64,000 nucleotides of DNA, taken from NCBI GenBank assembly GCA_002189035.1, contig NEEC01000197.1, positions 1 to 64,000 of the forward strand, in the 5' to 3' direction. Each line of letters starts with the position of its first letter. The stretch's first letter is position 1. Under the pieces are notes generated by a model. The model was given only the letters and a program-made list of their open reading frames with translations, was not told where the DNA came from and made no database searches. The translations under genes were made by a program, and so were the position numbers. Positions 52,679 to 62,968 of the stretch are shown piece by piece. The stretch is from Utricularia gibba. Its lineage: Eukaryota > Plantae > Magnoliophyta.

Positions 52679-55600
52679 TCAGTTGTAGCCCGGAAAATAA
52701 GTGATGCATTTATCAACGTTGGGTTTTCGGCGGCTGCCTGAATGGTTTTTCAAGCAATAGCTTGCCATTTTAAGGCGGGTGCTGTCGTTGGCAGCTTTGT
52801 AAGGGCCCAAGGTTCGGTCTGGCTCCTGAGCCCAATCGGGTGCTACTCGATGAAAATCGTGATGCATTTTTGAAGTTAGGATGTCATGAGCACCCCAAAT
52901 GGTTTTCAACAACCTGATTTATATTTGAGGAGGCGCTCTAGGCTGGCACTAGTATCGAGCAAATGGTCGAGTCGCGCTCTGGCCCATAGTCATTTGTAGC
53001 CCGGCCAAAAAAGTGATGCATTTATTAACGTTGGGTTTTCGGCGGCTGCCTACATGCTTTTTTCGAGGAAAAGTTGTCGTTTTTTTGCGGGTGCTGTTGT
53101 TGGGAACTTCGTCCGGACCCAAGGTCGGTCTGACTTCACAGCACAATCCGATCCCATTCGACGAAAATCGTGACACCTTTATTGAAGTTAGGATCTCATG
53201 ACCACCCCAAATGGTTTTTTCAACAGCATGCTTTACACTTGACAAGGCGCTTTTGTGGGTCACCGAGATCGGGCCGGATTCGGGTCGGGCTTGAGCCCAT
53301 AGTCAGCTGTAGCCCGGCAAAAGAAGTGATGCATTTATTAACGTTGGGTTGTCGGCGGCTGCCCACATGGTTTTTCAAGCAACAGCTTGCCATTTAAAGT
53401 CGGGTGCTGTCGTTGGGAGCTTTGTCCGGCCCGAGATTCGGTCTGGCTACTAAGCCCAATCGGGTCGCACTCGACGAAAATCGTAACGCATTTGATGTAG
53501 TTAGGATGTCATGAGAACCCCAATGGGTTTTCTCAACACTCTGCTATATATTTGAGAAGGCGCCCTCGGAGGGTTTCGGGATTGGGCCAGAGGTCGGGTC
53601 GGGCTCAGGCCAATAGTCAGTTGTAGCCCGGAAAATAAGTGATGCATTTATCAACGATGGGTTTTCGGCGGCTGCCTAAATGGTTTTTCAAGCAACAGCT
53701 TGCCGTTTTAAGGTGGGTGCTGTAGTTGGGAGCTTTGTCAGGGCCCGAGATTCGGTCTGGCTACTAAGCCCAATCGGGTCGTACTCGACGAAATCGTAAT
53801 GCATTTGCTTTAGTTAGGATGTCATGAGAACCCCAACGGGTTTTCTCAACACTCTACTTTATATTTCAGAAGGCGCTCTGGGGGTTTCGGGATTGGGCCA
53901 GAGGTCGGGTCGGGCTATGGCCCATAGTCAGTTGTAGCCCGGAAAATAAGTGATGCATTTATCAACGTTGGGTTTTCGGCGGCTGCCTGAATGGTTTTTC
54001 AAGCAATAGCTTGCCATTTTAAGGCGGGTGCTGTCGTTGGCAGCTTTGTAAGGGCCCAAGGTTCGGTCTGGCTCCTGAGCCCAATCGGGTGCTACTCGAT
54101 GAAAATCGTGATGCATTTTTTGAAGTTAGGATGTCATGAGCACCCCAAATGGTTTTTCAACAACCTGATTTATATTGAGGAGGCGCTCTAGGCTGGCACT
54201 AGTATCGAGCAAATGGTCGAGTCGCGCTCTGCCCATAGTCATTTGTAGCCCGGCCAAAAAAGTGATGCATTTATTAACGTTGGGTTTTCGGCGGCTGCCT
54301 ACATGCTTTTTTCGAGGAAAAGTTGTCGTTTTTTTGCGGGTGCTGTTGTTGGGAACTTCGTCCGGACCCAAGGTTCGGTCTGACTTCACAGCACAATCCG
54401 ATCCCATTCGACGAAAATCGTGACACCTTTATTGAAGTTAGGATCTCATGACCACCCCAAATGGTTTTTTCAACAGCATGCTTTACACTTGACAAGGCGC
54501 TTTTGTGGGTCACCGAGATCGGGCCGGATTCGGGTCGGGCTTGAGCCCAAAGTCAGCTGTAGCCCGGCAAAAGAAGTGATGCATTTATTAACGTTGGGTT
54601 GTCGGCGGCTGCCCACATGGTTTGTCAAGCAATAGCTTGCCATTTAAAGTCGGGTGCTGTCGTTGGGAGCTTTGTCCGGCCCGAGATTCGGTCTGGCTAC
54701 TAAGCCCAATCGGGTCGCACTCGACGAAAATCGTAACGCATTTGATGTAGTTAGGATGTCATGAGAACCCCAATGGGTTTTCTCAACACTCTGCTATATA
54801 TTTGAGAAGGCGCCCTCGGAGGGTTTCGGGATTGGGCCAGAGGTCGGGTCGGGCTCAGGCCAATAGTCAGTTGTAGCCCGGAAAATAAGTGATGCATTTA
54901 TCAACGATGGGTTTTCGGCGGCTGCCTAAATGGTTTTTCAAGCAACAGCTTGCCGTTTTAAGGTGGGTGCTGTAGTTGGGAGCTTTGTCAGGGCCCGAGA
55001 TTCGGTCTGGCTACTAAGCCCAATCGGGTCGTACTCGACGAAATCGTAATGCATTTGCTTTAGTTAGGATGTCATGAGAACCCCAACGGGTTTTCTCAAC
55101 ACTCTACTTTATATTTCAGAAGGCGCTCTTGGGGGTTTCGGGATTGGGCCAGAGGTCGGGTCGGGCTATGGCCATAGTCAGTTGTAGCCCGGAAAATAAG
55201 TGATGCATTTATCAACGTTGGGTTTTCGGCGGCTGCCTGAATGGTTTTTCAAGCAATAGCTTGCCATTTTAAGGCGGGTGCTGTCGTTGGCAGCTTTGTA
55301 AGGGCCCAAGGTTCGGTCTGGCTCCTGAGCCCAATCGGGTGCTACTCGATGAAAATCGTGATGCATTTTTTGAAGTTAGGATGTCATGAGCACCCCAAAT
55401 GGTTTTCTCAACAACCTGATTTATATTTGAGGAGGCGCTCTAGGCTGGCACTAGTATCGAGCAAATGGTCGAGTCGCGCTCTGGCCCATAGTCATTTGTA
55501 GCCCGGCCAAAAAAGTGATGCATTTATTAACGTTGGGTTTTCGGCGGCTGCCTACATGCTTTTTTCGAGGAAAAGTTGTCGTTTTTTTGCGGGTGCTGTT

Positions 55601-56426
55601 GTTGGGAACTTCGTCCGGACCCAAGGTCGGTCTGACTTCACAGCACAATCCGATCCCATTCGACGAAATCGTGATGCCTTTATTGAAGTTAGGATCTCAT
55701 GACCACCCCAAATGGTTTTTTCAACAGCATGCTTTACACTTGACAAGGCGCTTTTGTGGGTCACCGAGATCGGGCCGGATTCGGGTCGGGCTTGAGCCCA
55801 AAGTCAGCTGTAGCCCGGCAAAAGAAGTGATGCATTTATTAACGTTGGGTTGTCGGCGGCTGCCCACATGGTTTTCAAGCAATAGCTTGCCATTTAAAGT
55901 CGGGTGCTGTCGTTGGGAGCTTTGTCCGGCCCGAGATTCGGTCTGGCTACTAAGCCCAATCGGGTCGCACTCGACGAAAATCGTAACGCATTTGATGTAG
56001 TTAGGATGTCATGAGAACCCCAATGGGTTTTCTCAACACTCTGCTATATATTTGAGAAGGCGCCCTCGGAGGGTTTCGGGATTGGGCCAGAGGTCGGGTC
56101 GGGCTCAGGCCAATAGTCAGTTGTAGCCCGGAAAATAAGTGATGCATTTATCAACGATGGGTTTTCGGCGGCTGCCTAAATGGTTTTTCAAGCAACAGCT
56201 TGCCGTTTTAAGGTGGGTGCTGTAGTTGGGAGCTTTGTCAGGGCCCGAGATTCGGTCTGGCTACTAAGCCCAATCGGGTCGTACTCGACGAAATCGTAAT
56301 GCATTTGCTTTAGTTAGGATGTCATGAGAACCCCAATGGGTTTTCTCAACACTCTACTTTATATTTCAGAAGGCGCTTGGGGGTTTCGGGATTGGGCCAG
56401 AGGTCGGGTCGGGCTATGGCCCATAG

Positions 56427-57955
56427 TCAGTTGTAGCCCGGAAAATAAGTGATGCATTTATCAACGTTGGGTTTTCGGCGGCTGCCTGAATGGTTTTTCA
56501 AGCAATAGCTTGCCATTTTAAGGCGGGTGCTGTCGTTGGCAGCTTTGTAAGGGCCCAAGGTTCGGTCTGGCTCCTGAGCCCAATCGGGTGCTACTCGATG
56601 AAAATCGTGATGCATTTTTTGAAGTTAGGATGTCATGAGCACCCCAAATGGTTTTCTCAACAACCTGATTTATATTTGAGGAGGCGCTCTAGGCTGGCAC
56701 TAGTATCGAGCAAATGGTCGAGTCGCGCTCTGGCCCATAGTCATTTGTAGCCCGGCCAAAAAAGTGATGCATTTATTAACGTTGGGTTTTCGGCGGCTGC
56801 CTACATGCTTTTTTCGAGGAAAAGTTGTCGTTTTTTTGCGGGTGCTGTTGTTGGGAACTTCGTCCGGACCAAGGTCGGTCTGACTTCACAGCAAATCCGA
56901 TCCCATTCGACGAAAATCGTGATGCCTTTATTGAAGTTAGGATCTCATGACCACCCAAATGGTTTTTTCAACAGCATGCTTTACACTTGACAAGGCGCTT
57001 TTGTGGGTCACCGAGATCGGGCCGGATTCGGGTCGGGCTTGAGCCCAAGTCAGCTGTAGCCCGGCAAAAGAAGTGATGCATTTATTAACGTTGGGTTGTC
57101 GGCGGCTGCCCACATGGTTTTTCAAGCAATAGCTTGCCATTTAAAGTCGGGTGCTGTCGTTGGGAGCTTTGTCCGGCCCGAGATTCGGTCTGGCTACTAA
57201 GCCCAATCGGGTCGCACTCGACGAAAATCGTAACGCATTTGATGTAGTTAGGATGTCATGAGAACCCCAATGGGTTTCTCAACACTCTGCTATATATTTG
57301 AGAAGGCAATTGGGCCAGAGGTCGGGTCGGGCTCAGGCCAATAGTCAAGCCCGGAAAATAAGTGATGCATTTATCAACGATGGGTTTTCGGCGGCTGCCT
57401 AAATGGTTTTTCAAGCAACAGCTTGCCGTTTTAAGGTGGGTGCTGTAGTTGGGAGCTTTGTCAGGGCCCGAGATTCGGTCTGGCTACTAAGCCCAATCGG
57501 GTCGTACTCGACGAAATCGTAAGCATTTGCTTTAGTTAGGATGTCATGAGAACCCCAATGGGTTTTCTCAACACTCTGCTTATATTTCAGAAGGCGCTCT
57601 CGGGGGTTTCGGGATTGGGCCAGAGGTCGGGTCGGGCTCAGGCCAATAGTCAGTTGTAGCCCGGAAAATAAGTGATGCATTTATCAACGTGGGTTTTCGG
57701 CGGCTGCCTAAATGGTTTTTCAAGCAACAGCTTGCCGTTTTAAGGTGGGTGCTGTTGGGAGCTTTGTCAGGGCCCGAGATTCGGTCTGGCTACTAAGCCC
57801 AATCGGGTCGTACTCGACGAAATCGTAATGCATTTGCTTTAGTTAGGATGTCATGAGAACCCCAAGGGTTTTCTCAACACTCTACTTTATATTTAGAAGG
57901 CGCTCTTGGGGGTTTCGGGATTGGGCCAGAGGTCGGGTCGGGCTATGGCCCATAG
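56427..57955. repeat. 5-monomer HOR variant A-B-C-D*-D
   Basis: A-to-A distance 1529 bp; two D-type monomers (~57345 and ~57649); deletions at 57301-57350. Confidence 0.8.
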
Positions 57956-60900
57956 TCAGTTGTAGCCCGGAAAATAAGTGATGCATTTATCAACGTTGGG
58001 TTTTCGGCGGCTGCCTGAATGGTTTTTCAAGCAATAGCTTGCCATTTTAAGGCGGGTGCTGTCGTTGGCAGCTTTGTAAGGGCCCAAGGTTCGGTCTGGC
58101 TCCTGAGCCCAATCGGGTGCTACTCGATGAAAATCGTGATGCATTTTTTGAAGTTAGGATGTCATGAGCACCCCAAATGGTTTTCTCAACAACCTGATTT
58201 ATATTTGAGGAGGCGCTCTAGGCTGGCACTAGTATCGAGCAAATGGTCGAGTCGCGCTCTGGCCCATAGTCATTTGTAGCCCGGCCAAAAAAGTGATGCA
58301 TTTATTAACGTTGGGTTTTCGGCGGCTGCCTACATGCTTTTTTCGAGGAAAAGTTGTCGTTTTTTTGCGGGTGCTGTTGTTGGGAACTTCGTCCGGACCC
58401 AAGGATCGGTCTGACTTCACAGCACAATCCGATCCCATTCGACGAAATCGTGATGCCTTTATTGAAGTTAGGATCTCATGACCACCCCAAATGGTTTTTT
58501 CAACAGCATGCTTTACACTTGACAAGGCGCTTTTGTGGGTCACCGAGATCGGGCCGGATTCGGGTCGGGCTTGAGCCCAAGTCAGCTGTAGCCCGGCAAA
58601 AGAAGTGATGCATTTATTAACGTTGGGTTGTCGGCGGCTGCCCACATGGTTTTCAAGCAATAGCTTGCCATTTAAAGTCGGGTGCTGTCGTTGGGAGCTT
58701 TGTCCGGCCCGAGATTCGGTCTGGCTACTAAGCCCAATCGGGTCGCACTCGACGAAAATCGTAACGCATTTGATGTAGTTAGGATGTCATGAGAACCCCA
58801 ATGGGTTTTCTCAACACTCTGCTATATATATTTGAGAAGGCGCCCTCGGAGGGTTTCGGGATTGGGCCAGAGGTCGGGTCGGGCTCAGGCCAATAGTCAG
58901 TTGTAGCCCGGAAAATAAGTGATGCATTTATCAACGATGGGTTTTCGGCGGCTGCCTAAATGGTTTTTCAAGCAACAGCTTGCCGTTTTAAGGTGGGTGC
59001 TGTAGTTGGGAGCTTTGTCAGGGCCCGAGATTCGGTCTGGCTACTAAGCCCAATCGGGTCGTACTCGACGAAATCGTAATGCATTTGCTTTAGTTAGGAT
59101 GTCATGAGAACCCCAACGGGTTTTCTCAACACTCTACTTTATATTTCAGAAGGCGCTCTTGGGGGGTTTCGGGATTGGGCCAGAGGTCGGGTCGGGCTAT
59201 GGCCCATAGTCAGTTGTAGCCCGGAAAAATAAGTGATGCATTTATCAACGTTGGGTTTTCGGCGGCTGCCTGAATGGTTTTTCAAGCAATAGCTTGCCAT
59301 TTTAAGGCGGGTGCTGTCGTTGGCAGCTTTGTAAGGGCCCAAGGTTCGGTCTGGCTCCTGAGCCCAATCGGGTGCTACTCGATGAAAATCGTGATGCATT
59401 TTTTGAAGTTAGGATGTCATGAGCACCCCAAATGGTTTTCTCAACAACCTGATTTATATTTGAGGAGGCGCTCTAGGCTGGCACTAGTATCGAGCAAATG
59501 GTCGAGTCGCGCTCTGGCCCATAGTCATTTGTAGCCCGGCCAAAAAAGTGATGCATTTATTAACGTTGGGTTTTCGGCGGCTGCCTACATGCTTTTTTCG
59601 AGGAAAAGTTGTCGTTTTTTTGCGGGTGCTGTTGTTGGGAACTTCGTCCGGACCCAAGGATCGGTCTGACTTCACAGCACAATCCGATCCCATTCGACGA
59701 AATCGTGATGCCTTTATTGAAGTTAGGATCTCATGACCACCCCAAATGGTTTTTTCAACAGCATGCTTTACACTTGACAAGGCGCTTTTGTGGGTCACCG
59801 AGATCGGGCCGGATTCGGGTCGGGCTTGAGCCCAAAGTCAGCTGTAGCCCGGCAAAAGAAGTGATGCATTTATTAACGTTGGGTTGTCGGCGGCTGCCCA
59901 CATGGTTTGTCAAGCAATAGCTTGCCATTTAAAGTCGGGTGCTGTCGTTGGGAGCTTTGTCCGGCCCGAGATTCGGTCTGGCTACTAAGCCCAATCGGGT
60001 CGCACTCGACGAAAATCGTAACGCATTTGATGTAGTTAGGATGTCATGAGAACCCCAATGGGTTTTCTCAACACTCTGCTATATATTTGAGAAGGCGCCC
60101 TCGGAGGGTTTCGGGATTGGGCCAGAGGTCGGGTCGGGCTCAGGCCAATAGTCAGTTGTAGCCCGGAAAATAAGTGATGCATTTATCAACGATGGGTTTT
60201 CGGCGGCTGCCTAAATGGTTTTTCAAGCAACAGCTTGCCGTTTTAAGGTGGGTGCTGTAGTTGGGAGCTTTGTCAGGGCCCGAGATTCGGTCTGGCTACT
60301 AAGCCCAATCGGGTCGTACTCGACGAAATCGTAATGCATTTGCTTTAGTTAGGATGTCATGAGAACCCCAACGGGTTTTCTCAACACTCTACTTTATATT
60401 TCAGAAGGCGCTCTTGGGGTTTCGGGATTGGGCCAGAGGTCGGGTCGGGCTATGGCCCATAGTCAGTTGTAGCCCGGAAAATAAGTGATGCATTTATCAA
60501 CGTTGGGTTTTCGGCGGCTGCCTGAATGGTTTTTCAAGCAATAGCTTGCCATTTTAAGGCGGGTGCTGTCGTTGGCAGCTTTGTAAGGGCCCAAGGTTCG
60601 GTCTGGCTCCTGAGCCCAATCGGGTGCTACTCGATGAAAATCGTGATGCATTTTTTGAAGTTAGGATGTCATGAGCACCCCAAATGGTTTTCTCAACAAC
60701 CTGATTTATATTTGAGGAGGCGCTCTAGGCTGGCACTAGTATCGAGCAAATGGTCGAGTCGCGCTCTGGCCCATAGTCATTTGTAGCCCGGCCAAAAAAG
60801 TGATGCATTTATTAACGTTGGGTTTTCGGCGGCTGCCTACATGCTTTTTTCGAGGAAAAGTTGTCGTTTTTTTGCGGGTGCTGTTGTTGGGAACTTCGTC

Positions 60901-61714
60901 CGGACCCAAGGTCGGTCTGACTTCACAGCACAATCCGATCCCATTCGACGAAATCGTGATGCCTTTATTGAAGTTAGGATCTCATGACCACCCCAAATGG
61001 TTTTTTCAACAGCATGCTTTACACTTGACAAGGCGCTTTTGTGGGTCACCGAGATCGGGCCGGATTCGGGTCGGGCTTGAGCCCAAAGTCAGCTGTAGCC
61101 CGGCAAAAGAAGTGATGCATTTATTAACGTTGGGTTGTCGGCGGCTGCCCACATGGTTTGTCAAGCAATAGCTTGCCATTTAAAGTCGGGTGCTGTCGTT
61201 GGGAGCTTTGTCCGGCCCGAGATTCGGTCTGGCTACTAAGCCCAATCGGGTCGCACTCGACGAAAATCGTAACGCATTTGATGTAGTTAGGATGTCATGA
61301 GAACCCCAATGGGTTTTCTCAACACTCTGCTATATATTTGAGAAGGCGCCCTCGGAGGGTTTTCGGGATTGGGCCAGAGGTCGGGTCGGGCTCAGGCCAA
61401 TAGTCAGTTGTAGCCCGGAAAATAAGTGATGCATTTATCAACGATGGGTTTTCGGCGGCTGCCTAAATGGTTTTTCAAGCAACAGCTTGCCGTTTTAAGG
61501 TGGGTGCTGTAGTTGGGAGCTTTGTCAGGGCCCGAGATTCGGTCTGGCTACTAAGCCCAATCGGGTCGTACTCGACGAAATCGTAATGCATTTGCTTTAG
61601 TTAGGATGTCATGAGAACCCCAACGGGTTTTCTCAACACTCTACTTATATTTCAGAAGGCGCTCTTGGGGGTTTCGGGATTGGGCCAGAGGTCGGGTCGG
61701 GCTATGGCCCATAG

Positions 61715-62028
61715 TCAGTTGTAGCCCGGAAAATAAGTGATGCATTTATCAACGTTGGGTTTTCGGCGGCTGCCTGAATGGTTTTTCAAGCAATAGCTTG
61801 CCATTTTAAGGCGGGTGCTGTCGTTGGCAGCTTTGTAAGGGCCCAAGGTTCGGTCTGGCTCCTGAGCCCAATCGGGTGCTACTCGATGAAAATCGTGATG
61901 CATTTTTTGAAGTTAGGATGTCATGAGCACCCCAAATGGTTTTCTCAACAACCTGATTTATATTTGAGGAGGCGCTCTAGGCTGGCACTAGTATCGAGCA
62001 AATGGTCGAGTCGCGCTCTGGCCCATAG
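61715..62028. repeat. Exemplar monomer A (314 bp)
   Basis: Diagnostic motifs GCCTGAATGG, GGCTCCTGAGCC, AACCTGATTTATATTTGAGGAGG, GGCACTAGTATCGAGC; carries the only SpeI site (ACTAGT) I found in the canonical HOR. Confidence 0.95.
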
Positions 62029-62051
62029 TCATTTGTAGCCCGGCCAAAAAA
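61737..62051. repeat. Pair of ~157-bp ancestral subunits (61737-61894 and 61895-62051)
   Basis: GTGATGCATTTATCAACGTTGGGTTTTCGGCGGCTGCCTGAATGGTTTTTCAA aligns colinearly with GTGATGCATTTTTTGAAGTTAGGATGTCATGAGCACCCCAAATGGTTTTCTCAA. GTGATGCAT starts at 61737, 61895 and 62052 (158 and 157 bp apart). Identity is roughly 55-65% by eye. Confidence 0.9.
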
Positions 62052-62341
62052 GTGATGCATTTATTAACGTTGGGTTTTCGGCGGCTGCCTACATGCTTTT
62101 TTCGAGGAAAAGTTGTCGTTTTTTTGCGGGTGCTGTTGTTGGGAACTTCGTCCGGACCCAAGGATCGGTCTGACTTCACAGCACAATCCGATCCCATTCG
62201 ACGAAATCGTGATGCCTTTATTGAAGTTAGGATCTCATGACCACCCCAAATGGTTTTTTCAACAGCATGCTTTACACTTGACAAGGCGCTTTTGTGGGTC
62301 ACCGAGATCGGGCCGGATTCGGGTCGGGCTTGAGCCCAAAG
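62029..62341. repeat. Exemplar monomer B (313 bp), the most divergent type
   Basis: Diagnostic motifs TACATGCTTTTTTCGAGGAAAAG, TGACTTCACAGCACAATCCGATCCC, GGATCTCATGACC, CAGCATGCTTTACACTTGACAAGG. Confidence 0.95.
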
Positions 62342-62655
62342 TCAGCTGTAGCCCGGCAAAAGAAGTGATGCATTTATTAACGTTGGGTTGTCGGCGGCTG
62401 CCCACATGGTTTGTCAAGCAATAGCTTGCCATTTAAAGTCGGGTGCTGTCGTTGGGAGCTTTGTCCGGCCCGAGATTCGGTCTGGCTACTAAGCCCAATC
62501 GGGTCGCACTCGACGAAAATCGTAACGCATTTGATGTAGTTAGGATGTCATGAGAACCCCAATGGGTTTTCTCAACACTCTGCTATATATTTGAGAAGGC
62601 GCCCTCGGAGGGTTTCGGGATTGGGCCAGAGGTCGGGTCGGGCTCAGGCCAATAG
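62342..62655. repeat. Exemplar monomer C (314 bp)
   Basis: Diagnostic motifs TCAGCTGTAGCCCGGCAAAAGAAG, GTCGCACTCGACGAAAATCGTAACGCATTTGATGT, CTCTGCTATATATTTGAGAAGGCGCCCTCGGAGG. Confidence 0.95.
62610..62642 (+). other. Five-tract G-rich motif with G-quadruplex potential (repeated in C and D of essentially every HOR)
   Basis: GGG-TTTC-GGG-ATT-GGG-CCAGAGGTC-GGG-TC-GGG; the D copy is at 62920-62955 and starts with G6. One loop is 9 nt, so it does not fit the strict G3N1-7 pattern. Folding is untested. Confidence 0.5.
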
Positions 62656-62968
62656 TCAGTTGTAGCCCGGAAAATAAGTGATGCATTTATCAACGATGGG
62701 TTTTCGGCGGCTGCCTAAATGGTTTTTCAAGCAACAGCTTGCCGTTTTAAGGTGGGTGCTGTAGTTGGGAGCTTTGTCAGGGCCCGAGATTCGGTCTGGC
62801 TACTAAGCCCAATCGGGTCGTACTCGACGAAATCGTAATGCATTTGCTTTAGTTAGGATGTCATGAGAACCCCAACGGGTTTTCTCAACACTCTACTTTA
62901 TATTTCAGAAGGCGCTCTTGGGGGGTTTCGGGATTGGGCCAGAGGTCGGGTCGGGCTATGGCCCATAG
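62656..62968. repeat. Exemplar monomer D (313 bp)
   Basis: Diagnostic motifs CAACGATGGG, AAGGTGGGTGCTGTAG, GTCGTACTCGACGAAATCGTAATGCATTTGCTTT, CTCTACTTTATATTTCAGAAGG, GGGCTATGGCCC. Its second half differs from that of C at about 12 of 156 positions. Confidence 0.95.

Noticed and set aside
8859-57350. Degenerate patches as a regular ~10-11-kb biological periodicity across the whole window
   Set aside because: Spacing is irregular outside 39.6-64 kb, and the patches are better explained as consensus blur at monomer copy-number variants.
61844-61858. Pol III B-box / tRNA- or SINE-derived origin (GGTTCGGTCTGG)
   Set aside because: It mismatches GTTCRAnnC at two key positions, with no A-box or cloverleaf evident.
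61737-61894. A smaller (~78-bp or shorter) sub-period within the 157-bp subunit
   Set aside because: Short internal repeats (CGTTGG, CGGGTGCT) occur at inconsistent spacings (~69 and ~59 bp); no colinear alignment by eye. An autocorrelation would settle it.
61910-61925. Telomeric motifs TTAGG (once per monomer) and TTAGGG (in A')
   Set aside because: Single isolated copies, never tandem; not interstitial telomeric repeat.
62197-62213. CENP-B-box-like TTCGACGAAATCGTG (8 of 9 core positions of TTCGnnnnAnnCGGG)
   Set aside because: It has CGTG rather than CGGG, and the spacing exists only in copies with GAAATC. Other copies read GAAAATC (e.g. ~45236, ~63457) or GTAAATC (~50513), so the match may come from a dropped base at a polymorphic site.
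62557-62592. CCAAT plus TATATA as a Pol II promoter, or rDNA spacer promoter
   Set aside because: Short motifs expected by chance; spacing is atypical, no downstream gene, no TATATAGGG-type Pol I start, and no rRNA sequence in the window.
61715-62968. Satellite-encoded hammerhead ribozyme, as in newt, cricket or schistosome satellites
   Set aside because: I found no CTGAnGA core on either strand (no TCnTCAG on the + strand) in the four monomer types.
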